Shown here: piece after piece, positions 16,400 to 30,307 of the stretch
How the letters are laid out: each line of letters opens with the position of its first letter
Numbering within the stretch: position 1 is the first letter of the stretch
From: the human T2T-CHM13v2.0 reference genome, Homo sapiens
Assembly: GCF_009914755.1 (NCBI RefSeq)
Contig: NC_060926.1
Strand: one strand, 5' to 3'
DNA: 64,000 bases
The notes under the pieces: generated by a model
Databases searched by the model: none
Told to the model about the DNA's origin: nothing
Seen by the model: the letters and a program-made list of their open reading frames with translations, nothing else
Made by a program: the position numbers and the translations under genes

Positions 16400-16760
<361 letters not shown>

Positions 16761-18331
16761 TTAATTCCATTTTTAAATGAAACGTGGAAAATCTTGTTTT
16801 AAGATGAAGAATCCTTGCTAAATAGAATCTCTGAACCCTAAAATGGCTTTTTTAATTGGGAATTTTCAAAATATGAATTTGGTTAGTTACAACAAACAAT
16901 CAAAATCCTTACCTATGAATTGCCCTCTTCTAAAGCAAGAATGTTCAACTCGGATATCTAGTGGTAAAGCAAAAAGAGATTTCCCTGTTAGTCCTCTTAC
17001 AGGTTGTGGGCATTGCTTATTTGACTTTGAAACATTAAAGAAGAATGTGTTTCAGGGCAGACATGTTGGTAAAACTGTTTCTGTTACAAAAATTTTAGAG
17101 GACAACCCAACGTTTTAATGTGGTGAACCTCATTTGTCATCCTGTCACTGCACCATCTTTTTTCAGTTTCATCCTGGACCAGGGTTTCATGGCACAGAAA
17201 AAAACCTGGCCATCAAATCATAGCATATGAACAAGTAGATGGCCAAATGTTTGAAAGCATAAACATGCCTCTCTCATTGGGCACTGGTTGAGAGGGTTCG
17301 AAGCCCATTATTTGTAATTGCAGTTCAGACTAGGAGAAAAAAAACTCCATCCAGAAGAGAAACGATTGGAATGTTTGTATGGATTTGGGTTTTGATAGCT
17401 TCTGTAACATTCCATCACTGTTTGTGTGAGCATTTTCCAATCAGCTGTCCCAACATCAAAGCCATTTCTGCATAATTTTTTTTTCTCTATATTGCTTGTT
17501 CTTTTCAAAATTTGGTTTTCTATCCCCTTCTCCCCCAGTCTCAGTGAGATTTGCATTTTAATGTATGATCTGTCTAATGTATTGTCTATTTCACTTCTAA
17601 CAGTTACATCTCTTACATTTACAAATGTACTTCACCATATTTCTTCCAGACAGTCACCTTTCTTATTATTTTACTGCCCTCATGACATAATATTGTAACT
17701 ATCTGCAGCTCTTGGACAAAGAGAACCTTTCCAGAAGAGCTTTCAACTTTTTCTCTTTTGCCTTGGAGTATGTCTCTCTACCTCTATTATGTTCTTGTAA
17801 GAGATAAATATCTTATGAGTTTTTTTTGTCTATCCATAATGATAATAGAATCTGAGCATTAATATTTATTTTGGTGGACCATGCACAATTTCTAAAATCC
17901 ATAATTTATTTTCATAACCAATATTACAGTAAATTCATTAAGCATATACACGGTTTGGAGGCTTATTGGCTTAATAGGTTCAATCCATAGAAAAGGATAA
18001 TTCACTACCTACTCAAAAGCATCCTACCTTGAGAGTCAGCTAAGTGGGGAAAGGAAAAATATGCTTTTCTCTTCAGACAGCCTTTGTATCAGTGTTTCAG
18101 TAACATACATGACTACTTATTGCCATTTCATTTCTTCTCTTTGAATATTGCCTTTGCCTCTCCTGGGACAGTAGAGTTAATCTTATAGGAATACCTAATT
18201 CCACGAATTCCTTAGAATAGTGTAAGGCTGTGCAGTGATTGGCCCTTACCTTGCTCTCTGGTCTCTCCTTCCACCACCGGCTTCTGAGAGGTTCGCAGTC
18301 TTACATCTTGAAAACCACTTTCAGTTTGTGA

Positions 18332-18702
<371 letters not shown>

Positions 18703-18939
18703 AGACCAGGATTCTTTCAAGTTTTGGTGACATTACTTATATTTTTCCCTATTTTTGGAATATTCTCCCCATCTGATTGCACTGGAACAGCTTTCTAACA
18801 TTTTTTTCAAGGCTTTGTTAAACCATAAAATTAAAAAAATAAAAAAGCATTCCTTGAGATTAATTCTCCTGGCTGTGTTGTGTAATCCTTCTAGGTGCCT
18901 GCATGCTCTGTGCTTATCTTTAATGATAATAACCCTTTA

Positions 18940-19100
18940 TGTGTTTTAAATCATTTACTCATTCTGACAAGCATATTCAGTAAACAACTGTAGTTATCAT
19001 CAGTCCTATTTTATGAATGTGGAAAATAATGCAAAGAAAATTAAGTTACTTACCCAATGTCTCACAGCTAATGGTAGAACAAATTTTGAAGAGGTCTGTG
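18940..19100 (-). mobile_element. MIR
   Basis: cctattttatgaatgtggaaaat...ttaagttacttacccaatgtctcacagcta. Confidence 0.6.
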
Positions 19101-19101
19101 A

Positions 19102-19387
19102 CAGGACTGTCCATTAGAAGTCGAATATGAACTAAAAATGCTATGCAATTTTTAAAAAATTTCAAGTAGATATATTACAAAAGCAGAAAGAAACAGGTGA
19201 AATTCATTGTACTGTTATTTTATTCTCAATATCATTTCAACATATGACCTATAAAAATGAGATTTTTTTTATTTCTTCACACTGAGTTTTCATATCCAGT
19301 GTATATTTTAAACTTAAAGCAGATCTTGATTCAGACTAGCATTCTAGAACACATGTGCCTAATTGCTACCTTTGTTCAACAGCACAA
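19102..19387 (+). mobile_element. MER33-like hAT-Charlie DNA transposon
   Basis: Ends caggactgtccattagaa and gttcaacagcaca, internal aaagaaacaggtgaaatt and cacatgtgcctaattgctacc. Confidence 0.75.
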
Positions 19388-21221
19388 GTCTTTACTCTTA
19401 ATTACAGCACCCCTCTTTGTATTGAAATAGTTTTATTTGCCTACCTGCCCCATTCTACTGTGTGCATCTTTACTAGGTGAAGAATGTGCTATTCATTTCT
19501 TTATTTCAAGTATATAGACTAGTTAGTGCCTAAGATATAGAAACAATAAATGCTTATGGAATTTTGTTGCTGCAGTATTGCAGTGGCTTCAGAGTACAGA
19601 GATTTTTGGATACTCTTTTTAGCAATCATTGTAGAATTGAAAATCTAAAAGATTCAAAACGCTTGACAAAATTTCTAGAAGGCATGTATTTGCCTGTTAG
19701 ACTTCTGAGCAGGTCATACAAGAAGATTGGGAAGCTATCCTGGAAGTTAGCTGTAGCCCCTACAGACAGTAGAATATGCCAAGTTTCCACTTTAAGAGTG
19801 CATGTAAATGCTATGACTTTTACTAAAACCACATAGCAATATAATAAATGAAAATGTGGTCTAAACGTGTTCTGGAACATTTCCTAATTATTGTAACATA
19901 TTGTATTTTGTTATCATTATTTAGTAGAAAAATGGGATCAGAATTAGCATTGTAATATTATTTTGGTAAAATTATGAATGGGATCATGCCTCATACATAG
20001 TAGATGCCTAATAATTATTAATCTGATTTGATTTATTTGAGCCAGGGTTAGTAAGTTCAACTTCTACTGGTTTCTGTTATTTATTTGAGAACCTATTCAA
20101 CTTGCCATCATTGGGACAAGCTGGGACAGTTCCTTAAAATGAACTCTATTAGAGTCAAATTGTTCCATCTGTTTTCCCTAAATGAAAGAAGATTCCCTTG
20201 ATGCTAGTCAATGAGTGAGGGCTCCTTGACTCAGAACCAGATGCAAGCTTTATACCAGCCTTCCATTTCAGCCCAATTACATTCTTGGCAGCCTGTGAGA
20301 CTCATGGGGTAAACTTTTTATAACAATTATCAATATCAGCCAATTTTTCAGAATGGGCAGGAATAAACTTCAATGGCTCCAGGATGAGTTTTCTGTCTTC
20401 CAAAGGCTCTGTCTGGCTGGCTGCCATGGAGAATATGTAGGAGCATAAAGGCTGCTGTTTTATGTAACACTCTAGAAATCAGCTAACTTTATGACTACTT
20501 AGAGTTTTAAGATTTTATCAATCTAAATTAATTATTTAATATTGGCTTAGGCTACTTTTTTGTGACATAGAGAACATTATTTTTATTCCTGTGATACAGA
20601 CCTCCAAGGTGTGTGTGTACATTACATAGCAATGACTGGAGTCTGGTTTATTGTTGACTCCCTCATAAAGCTATTGTGGACGAAAGAGAGAAAGCATCTT
20701 ACTGATGGGATATAGAATCAGTGAAAACCTGGAACCATTGAATTCCCATTGGGTTAGTGTGTGTATATTAGGATGGGAGGTTTGGGGAAGTAGAGTGGAA
20801 ATTGATGGTGTTATGAGATGACGTCGTGACCTTTAACTCAGGAATGACTCAATCCTGTCAATATCTAACAATCCCTATACATTGTGATCTCAGGTAGATT
20901 GTTTTGCAATGGCAATGGCAATTATGAACACACACTATTATTCACTGAATGTTCATAATCACAAAAGGGAAATTGTTTCTTAAATTGCAGTAGGACACCA
21001 AGATTTTTCTCAAGGTTCAAGAGAAAACTTTTCTGTTTTGAGAAGTTTGAAAACTAAAACAAAGAAAGCATTCATATGATAAGAGAAGAAAGTGAGAAGA
21101 CACGAGTCCTCTGTCCTCTTAGCCAGGCTCTAATGGGTTCAGCCCATGGAGGTAGGAATTAGAAAACATCATAGACCATATCGACTTGAACTGCTTAGAA
21201 ATTCAGCCACAGATTTTCTGA

Positions 21222-22894
21222 AGCGTGAGAACAGACTAATACAAAAAATCACTTTTGTTATGCATTAGCAAAGAACTTGGAGGCATTTTGCCCATGCCTT
21301 ATGGATCTTTGGAACTTTGAACTTAAGAGTGATGGATTAGGGTATCTGGTAGAAGAAATTTCTAAGGAGCAACTGATTCAAGATGTGGCCAGGCTGCTTC
21401 TAAAAGCCTATATTCGTATGTGCGAGCAAAAAATGACCTGAAACTGGAACTTATATTTAAAAGAAAAACAGAGTGTAAAAGATTGGACAATCTGCACCCT
21501 GACCATGTGATAGAAAAAAAAAAAAAAGCCCATTTAACAGGGAGGAATTCAAGCAGGTGGCAGAAATTTGCATAAGTAAAGACGAGCCAATTACTAATAG
21601 CCAAGACAATGGGGAAAGAGCCTCCAAGGCATTTCAGAGACATTTGTGGCATCCACTCCCATAATAGGCTCAGAGGCCTAGGAGGACTGAATGGTTTCAT
21701 GGGCCAAGCCCAGGGCCCCACTGCCCTGTTCAGCCTTGGGACACTACTCCCCATATCTCACTCTGCTCCAGCTCCAGCCAGAAAATTTGCAGCCTAGTCA
21801 TTTGGTAGAAAAGAAAAGCCATTTGCAGGGGAGGAATTCAAACAGGCTGCAGAAATCTGCATAAGTAATGAGGAACCAGTTGCCAATAGCCAAGACAATG
21901 GGAAGGCCTTGAAGGCATTTCAGAGACCTCCATGGCAGTACTTCTCCTCACAGGCCCAGAGACTTAGGAGGTCTGAATGGTTTTGAGGGCCAAGTCCAGG
22001 GCCCCACGGACCTGTGCAGCCTTGGGACACTACTCCCTGCATCCCAGTCACTTCACCACTAGCCATGGCTCAACAAGGCCCAGGTACAACTCAGGCCACC
22101 ACTTCAGAGGATGCAAACTGTAAGTATTGGTGGCTTCCAAGTGGTGTTAAGCCCATGGGTGCACAGAATGCCAAAGCTGAGCCTTGAGAGCTCCTGCCTA
22201 GATTTCAGAGAATGTATGGAAAAGCCTGGATGTCCTGGCAGAAGCCTGCTGCAGGGGCAGAGCCCTCATGGAGAACCTCCAGGAAGCCAATGTGGAGGGA
22301 ACATGTGGGGTTGGAGTCCCCACACAGAATCCCCAGTGGAGGACTGTCTAGTGGAGCTGTGAGAAGAGGGCCACCATCCTTTAAACCCCAGAATGGTAGA
22401 TCCACCAGTAGCTTTCACATTTAGCCTGGAAGAGCCACAGGCACTCAACGCCAGCCCATGAGAACAGCTGTGGGGGCTAAACCCTAGAAAGCCACAGGAG
22501 TGGAGCTGCCCAAGGCTTTGGGAGCCCTCCTTTTGCATCAGTGTGACCTGGATTGAGACATGGAATCAAAGAAGATTATTTTGGAGCTTTAAGATTTAAC
22601 GACTGCTTTTCTGGGTTTCAGACTTGCACAGAGCCTATAGCCTCTTTCTTTTGACCAATTTTTCCATTTTGGAAAGGGAATATTTACCCAATGCCTATAC
22701 CAACATTGTATCTTGGAAGTAACTAACTTGTTTTTGATTTTACAAGCTCATATGCAAAAGGAACTTGCTTTGTCTCAGATAAGACTTTGAGTTAATACTG
22801 GAGTGAGTTAAGACTCGGGGGGACTCTTGAGAAGATATGATTGTATTTTGAAATGTAAGAGAGCCATGAGATTTGGAAGGTGCCAGGGGTTGAA
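21222..22894 (+). mobile_element. MaLR (MST-type) internal sequence preceded by a 22-nt remnant of the 5' LTR
   Basis: LTR terminus agcgtgagaacagactaataca (21222-21243), followed by typical THE1/MST-int sequence (ggaactttgaactt, agaatgtatggaaaagcctgg, tcttggaagtaactaactt). Confidence 0.85.
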
Positions 22895-23286
22895 TAATAT
22901 GGCTTGGATTTGTGTCCATACCCAAATCTCATGTGGAATTGTAATCTCCAATGCTGGACCTAAAGCCTGATTTGAGGTGATTGGATCAACAGGGCAGATT
23001 TTCCTTTCGATGTTGTTTTGTGATAATGAGTGAGTTCTCATGAGATCTGATGTTTTAAAAGCGTGTGGTACCTCTCCACTTTCCCTCATTCTGCAGCCGT
23101 GTAAGACATGCCTGCTCCCCCTTTGCCTTCCACCATAATTGTAAGCTTCCTGAGGCCTCTCCAAAAGTAGAAGCAACTATACTTCCTGTACAGCCTATAG
23201 AACTATGAGACAATTAAACCTCTTTTCTTTACAAATCATCCAGTCTCAGGTATTTATTTGTAGCAGTACAAGAACAAGCAAATACA
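22895..23286 (+). mobile_element. MSTA-like MaLR 3' LTR
   Basis: Starts taatatggcttggatttgtgtcc, ATTAAA at 23213-23218, ends aataca. Confidence 0.88.
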
Positions 23287-23531
23287 GAGAGCCAATGCAT
23301 CACATGGCCAGAGTAGAAGCAAAAAAGTTAGGGGTAAGATGCCACACATATTTAAATAGCCAGATATTGTAAGATCTCACTATCATGAGGACAGCACCAA
23401 GGATATGGCACTAAACAATTAATGAGAAACCTGCCACCATAATCCAATCATCTCCTACCAGGCTCCACTTCCAACATTGGAGAATGACATTCAGTATGAA
23501 ATTTAGAGAGTACAACATCCAAACTGTGTTA
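23287..23531 (-). mobile_element. Partial MST (MSTB-like) LTR, antisense
   Basis: ctcactatcatgaggacagcaccaagg...ataatccaatcatctcctaccagg...catccaaactgtgtta. Confidence 0.8.
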
Positions 23532-26385
23532 ATACTGTTACAGAAATACTCAACAAAATACTAACAAACTGAATTTAGCAACATGTTTAAGAGATTATAC
23601 ACCATGACCCACTGGGATTATTCCTGTGCTAGGATGGTTCAACATATAAAAATCAATCATGTAATACACTACATTAACAGAATGAAAGATAAAAATTACA
23701 TGATCATCACAATTGATACAGAAAAATCATTTAATAAAAAATTAATACCCTTTCGTGATGAAAACTCTCAACAAACTAGGAATAAAAGAAAACTATTTCA
23801 ATATATTCTAAGCCACACATGAGAAACCCATAGCACACATTACTCGCAATGGTGAAATTGCTGAAAAATTGTCCCTGAAGATCAGAAAAATGATAGGATG
23901 CTCACTTTTGCCACTTCTATTCAACATAGTACTGGAATTTCTGATCAAGGAAATTAGCCAAGAAAAAGAAATAAAAGCCTTGGAAACTGGAAACAAAGAG
24001 GTAAAATTACTTCTGTTTACACATGATATGGTCTTAGAAAATTTTAAAGATTTCCAAAAAGTTTGTTAGAACTAATTAAAAACAATAAGCAAAGTGACAG
24101 GGTACAAAGTCAATACACAAAAATCAGTTGCATTTTGATACACTAACAAACAACCCAAAAGAGGAAATTAAGAAAACAGTTCTATTTGTAGTAGCACCAA
24201 AAGGATTAAAATATTTAAGAATTTAGTTATCTAAAGAGATAAAAGTCTTGCATACAAAAAGCTACAAAGCATTCCTGGAAAAAAAAGATATATATTAATG
24301 AAAAGCTATTCCACATACATGGATTGAGAGACAGTATTGTTAAGATGCCAATAATGTCCAAAACAATATACACAGATTAATGTAGTCCTTATAAAAATCC
24401 CAATGATTTTTTGCATAAATAGACAAACCCTTCCTAAAACTTATATGGAATCTTAAGGTATCCAACTAATCAGTACAATCCTCAATATAGAATAACAAAG
24501 CATTGAGCTCATACTTCATGATTTCAAAATTTACTGCAAAGCCACAGTAATAAAAACAGTGTTCTAATGGTGTGTTAGCCCTTTTTTTGTGTGTTGCTAT
24601 TATACATATAAAGACATACCTGAGGCTGGGTAATTTATAAGGAAAATGGGATGTATAGGAAGCATGGTGCTGGCATCTACTTGGCTTCTGGTGAGGCCTC
24701 AGGAAGCTGTCGATCATGGCAGAAGGAAAAAGGGTAGCTGGCATCTCACATTGTGAGCAGGAGCACAAGAGTAGGGGCAGGTGCCACACTCTTTTAAACA
24801 ACCAGATCTCATGTGAACTCGGAGTGAGAACTCACTCATTACCAAAAGGATGGCACTAAGCCATTCATGAGGGATCCAGCCCCGCAATCTAGTCAGCTTC
24901 CACCAGGCCCCACCTCCAACACTGGGGATTGCATTTCAATGAGATTGGGAGGGGAGAAACAGCCAAACCACATCTATTGGCATAACAACAGACATATAGA
25001 CCAATGGAATAGAATAGAGGGCCCAGAAATAAATTCTCAAATATGTGGTTAACTTATTTTCAACAAGGGTATTGAGACCTCAGTGAGGAAAAGACAGTAC
25101 TTTCAACAAATGTCATTGGGAAAATTGTTTATCTACATGCAACAGAATGGAATGGGATTGTTAACTAAAATGATGTTTAAAAACTAGTTCTAAGTGAATC
25201 TATCACTTAAGTGTTAAACCTAAAACTATAAAACATTTAGAAGAAAGCAGGACAAAAGCCTCAAGATTTGGGTTTGGCAGTAATATTTCTTGGAAATGAC
25301 ATCAAATGCACAGACAGCGCAAGAAAATATACACAAATTGGACTTATAAATTTTTTTAAGTGTGCATCAAAAGACATCATCCACAGAGCCATAAGGTAAT
25401 CCATAGATTGGGAAGAAATATTTGCAAGTCATATCTATGGTAAGGGATTAATATCCAGAACATATAGAAAATGCCTACAACTCAACAAGAATTACAAAAC
25501 AAACAGCATAATTGATAGACAAAGGAGTTACATGAATATTTTTCCAAAAAGATATGCAAATATCCAATAATCATGAAAAAAGATGCTCAATGTCACTAAT
25601 CATTAGGAAAATGCAAGTTAAAACCACAATTTGATACCACATCACATTCACTATGATGCATACTATCAGAAAGAAAGTAAATAGAAAATATTTGGTGATG
25701 ACGTGGAGAAACTGAAAGTCTTGTGCACTATTTGGTGGGAATGTAAAATATTATAGCTGCTGTGGGAAACAGTATGATGTTTCCTCACAAAATTAAATGC
25801 AGAATTACGGTATGATCTATAAATTATTCTTCTGGATAAATACCCAAATGAATTGAATGCACGGTCTTAAAGAGATTTTTATGTACCCCTATTCATAGCA
25901 GCATTATTCACAAAAGCTAAAATGTGGAAGCAACCTAAGTGTCCATTGATGGATGAGTTGGATAAACAAAATGTGGGATATACATACAATGGGATGTTAT
26001 TCATCCTTAGAAAGGAAGGAAATTCTGACATATGCTACAACATGGATGAACCCTCTAAGGTTCATCCATGCTAAGGGAAATAAGCTAGTGGCAAGTAGAC
26101 AAATACTGTATGACTTTATTTATATGAGGTACTTAGAGCAGTCAAAATCATAGACACAGAAAGTAAAATAATGGTTTCCAAGAAGTGCAGTAAGGAATGA
26201 AGAGTTACTGTTTAATGCGTACAGATTTTCAGTTTTGCAAGATGAAAGGGGTTCTGAAGATAGGTGGTGGCAATGGTTATCCAACAATATGAATGTACTT
26301 AATACTGCTCAGTTGAAAACTTAAAATGGTTAGTATGGTATATGATAAATTTTATATTGTGTGCAATTTACTATAATTAAAAAAT
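23532..26385 (+). mobile_element. L1MB-like LINE-1 (ORF2 3' half and 3'UTR), interrupted by an MST LTR
   Basis: Degenerate ORF2 ([28 protein letters not shown]) and an L1MB-type 3' end (ttttcagttttgcaagatgaaa...cttaaaatggtta). Confidence 0.85.
24571..24975 (-). mobile_element. Solo MST (MSTB-like) LTR within L1
   Basis: Runs from tgtgttagcc to ccaaaccacatct. 5-bp TSD aatgg (24566-24570) / attgg (24976-24980), and L1 sequence continues across it. Confidence 0.85.
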
Positions 26386-26939
26386 GAGGAAGAAACACAG
26401 TTTAATTTTAAATAAAAACACACATGTATATATATATATAAATTTTTGATGTGATAAAATATGGTCTCCCATAAGACCAGGAGGACTTAATCAAATTTGC
26501 TCCAGCTTTATGACCTTCTTTAGCCCCTCTGAAAGTCATCACTCCATATTTGCTGAGGTTCGAAGTTGGGTGTGCACCAGTCTGGTAGAGACTAGCTCCA
26601 CTTTTAGCCATATGCTGTTGTGCTGCTACCATGGTTTGTCACATTTGTTAACTGACACTGACAAGGCTGAAAGAAGCAGTGGCATGCACCTTGCAGGGGA
26701 GACATGAATGCGTCCACACCTGAATTTGCCATGTTCAGACCTCAGTTATTTCCCCTAATAGAACAAATTCTGATAGTACGAGGAATGTTGAGAGCTACCC
26801 CTTCAACTATAGCCTCTGGGTGCTGCAGGCCATAACCAGGTCGGGTGTGTGCTATAAGGGGGTGGAGATCAAGGAGCACCATCCCCTGGGGCAGCTATTA
26901 AAATTTTCACTTCCAAATTGTATTTAAAGTCTGTCTCCC

Positions 26940-27120
26940 ATTGGAATTCTGGGTCCCCCGTTCTCTTAATTGTATGATGTTAGTCCACTTAATTAAGTTC
27001 CCTGGAGTTCAATTTTCTTTATGTAAATATAATAATTTTGTTTATGTAAATATAAGAATTAAATGAGATAAGTATAAATGTCTAACAAAATGTCCTTCCC
27101 ATTGTAGGTGTTAAGAAATG
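26940..27120 (+). mobile_element. MIR
   Basis: ttagtccacttaa...agttcaattttctttatgtaaa...agaattaaatgagataa. Confidence 0.5.
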
Positions 27121-28954
27121 GCCCTTTCTTTTAATGTACTGCATAACTGAATTTTTTTCTTACTGACTAGGTTATAGGTGCCTTTTCCCCTCCTCGTTCC
27201 TACTTCCTAGGGACATGGTAAACACTTAACAAGTAGTTTATTGAGATTGAAAAAATGTATTCATTCTATTGTTGCTTGTTGGTTCTATCAGAACACTTTG
27301 ATAGGAACAAAAATGGTGATTTTCTATATCATATCTGTATCTTTGAAGACAGTTATCTACCCTTTTATCATATTTGTGCTTCCAGCTGTGCCAAGAGCAA
27401 ATGTTATAGAGTTAAAACGCAGGTGAGGTGAGGCAGGATCTGCAGACTGTGGCTCTTATCTGCTTAATGATGTGTACAGTAAGTGTCATATTAGGAAGAA
27501 GAACAGGAAGGCTCATCTTTTTGAAGCAGAAACATAATGTTCAGTGTAAAGAATCTCATATCATGTTTTCTAAAAAATTGTATGCGAAAAAAATGGTGAA
27601 ATAAAATGCTTAAGGAGAGACATCTGTTCTCTCTGATTCTTTAACCCACTTTAGACTTGGAGAAGCAAAGAAAAGCAACAGTTTAATTCTTGTGTTTCTT
27701 TAGGTCCAGATCTTTAGCTCTTGCATAAAAGTGAGCAAGCTGCCATCTGTGCAAACAGGTGGCTTGAATTAAATATGATGCTAAGTATTAGAACAATTAT
27801 ATTTCTAGCATGGCAGGAAGTGACAAAATTAAGAAAACCCAGGGTACTTTTAGTAAGATGAGATATGTGAGCCATAAACTGTGTCTAAGAAGATAAAGTA
27901 TGAAAATATATGTTCAAAAGGAGCTAAACAACTGCATGCTTCACATTTGCCTCCGGTAATTCAAGAAGAGATGAAGTGCAATTACTCATATGCCCCTTTC
28001 AACATACTACTGTGGGTCAACTGGGTCCATCATAGAACAGTATTAGGGAAGATCTTTTATGTCATGAATAAAGAGTTGCTCAACTGTGGCTTAATTATCA
28101 TTTAATAGTGACTGTCTTAGCTTCATAAAGTACATTCTTCAAAGCTTGAAGCTAAGTAGAAAGGCAAAAGAACACACAGGTTGGAGGGTAAGCTTAAGGA
28201 AGCAGTATAAGCATCGTTCATTCATTCAGAGATAACCGGTATTGCAGTAAGTAGGCTGGACTTGGAATCGTAATTCAGGAGTTTTAGTTGCTGATTCTTC
28301 ACTGGGTTCAATGAGGCTTTTTTGATGACTTTTTCATCATGGATGAAATGAAGTCGTTGGACAAGATGACCTCCTTGGTTCCGTACAGCTCTACAAAACA
28401 TTTTGGAGCCAATTATTTTGTCGACTTTTTTCTCAGGGGTCCTTTATAGAAACAGTGTATAAAATTTACTGATAAAGTAATTAACTCTTTTTGACAGTTT
28501 TCCTTCAGTTAGATTAATATTTTCAGGGTTCATCTATCTTGTACTATGTATCATTATTTCATTCTCTTTTATTGATAAAAATACTTCATTATATGAACAT
28601 ATCACCTGCATATGATTAATGTATTTAATATTGTCAACTTATTCAGAATATAAATACTATTTGTAGAGCCCTATATTAGTAGAGGTAAGGATGAGAATAT
28701 TCAAATTAAATGAGAAGGATTACACATAGCAACTATAACACAAGAACAAACCATTTTTGTTTCAAAGTTGGTAAAAAGTTAAACTTTACTTGGAGTAGAT
28801 GAAACAAATACCAGGCAAATGGCACATTGTTTTGTTTCATATTACACCAGTAGTTTCGGTTTTACAGCCAAAATATATCTAAAGTTTTGTATTTGAAACT
28901 TTTGTCATCTCAGTTGTTTCCGTTTTGGTCATCACTATTTTTTCATATACCTTT

Positions 28955-29570
28955 AAAAAATAAATTTATTGATATAAAATCATATAGCATAAAATTCACC
29001 CTTTTATTTTTTAAAAATAATTTTTATTGTGTCTATTTAATGTATGTATACATCATAATGTTATAAGATTATATATATATATATCTGCATACATAGTAAA
29101 ATAGTATAGGGGAACAAATTAGCATATTCATCATCTCACATAGTTACCCATTTTTTCCTCCTTGTGATAAAAACAGCTATGAAATTTGCCTTTTTAAAGT
29201 GTACAATTCATTGTTTTTAGTATATTCATAGAATTGTCTAACCATCATTGCTGTTCATTTCTGAAATGAGTTCATCATCTCCAAAGGGAAATCTAGTACA
29301 CAGTCATTTCTGATTTTCCTCCCCCCAGTCTCTAGCAATCACTAATCTACTTTCTATTTCTATGGATTTTCCTATTTGAACATTTCCTATAGATTGAATT
29401 ATGCCATATGCAGCTCTTTATGACTGTCTTCTTTCAGTTACATTCATATTTTTAAGGTTTATTCCTCGTGTACCATGTATCATTCCTTCATTCATCCTTA
29501 CTGACATATAAATACCAATATTATTATATGGATATATCACATTTTATCAATTAATCAGTTCATGATACTG
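28955..29570 (-). mobile_element. Old L1MB-like 3' end with a short L1MA-like fragment nested at about 29006-29180
   Basis: aaatttattgatataaaatcata...aaaattcaccc resumes as tttttaaagtgtacaattca after the insert, which contains attcatcatctcacatagttacc. Confidence 0.7.
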
Positions 29571-29949
29571 GGATGGCTTCCTTTCATCATAGCCTTACTA
29601 CCTTAACATCTTCTTATTTTTTCTTTTCATTATGTGTGGGTGATTAACCTCTGGGATTTTACTCTATTCTTGCTTTGTTGTCTCATCCAGTTTATATATG
29701 AATTCCAAAATGCTCAAAATGGGAATACTTAGACACTAATTCAATGAGATACATAAATACCAAATATATACTCAGTCTTATTCAAAGTAATTGGGTAAAT
29801 AAGGAAATTTTAATATTTTCTTCTAAAAAGAGTACACAGCCATTTTGATGGTTAATGGTAGTATCTGATAACAGGATGAAATGTAGGTAGGGTGGAGAAT
29901 TAAAAAATGCTTACTAAATCATGGTAGTTACGTTACCTCCATCATCATC

Positions 29950-30175
29950 ATACTCAAGATCACTTTATTGGATACATACTCTGTGGAAGGTACTTCATTT
30001 TTAATATGTATTATAGTATTTGATATTAAAACAACTTATTTTGGACATGTAGGATTTTTAAAAAATTATTTCAGATGACAAAAGTAAATTACAGATAGCT
30101 AATGTAACCAGCTCCAAAATTAAATACTGTTATGTAGAAGAGTCAGAATTTCAACCCAAATCTCTGAAACATACT
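29950..30175 (-). mobile_element. MIR
   Basis: atttcagatgacaaaag...gtagaagagtcagaatttcaacccaaatctctga. Confidence 0.55.
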
Positions 30176-30204
30176 CCTTCTTCGTTCTTTCACTGCCTGA
30201 TATG

Positions 30205-30212
30205 TCTATCTG

Positions 30213-30261
<49 letters not shown>

Positions 30262-30307
30262 ATCTGTATGTGTATGTGTATGTGTGTGCATTTGTGTCTG
30301 TGTGTGT
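30205..30307. repeat. (TCTA)12 tetranucleotide STR followed by a degenerate (TG)n tract
   Basis: Pure TCTA run at 30213-30260. Confidence 0.95.

Noticed and set aside
16843-17698. Cluster of 82-91 aa ORFs in apparently unique sequence (e.g. RNGFDVGTADWKML on the minus strand)
   Set aside because: No recognisable domain or coherent splice signals. It might be an ancient element relic, but I cannot support this without a tBLASTn or Dfam search.
21362-23176. Several overlapping ORFs in a GC-richer block
   Set aside because: Explained by MaLR internal and LTR sequence, where stop codons are rarer.
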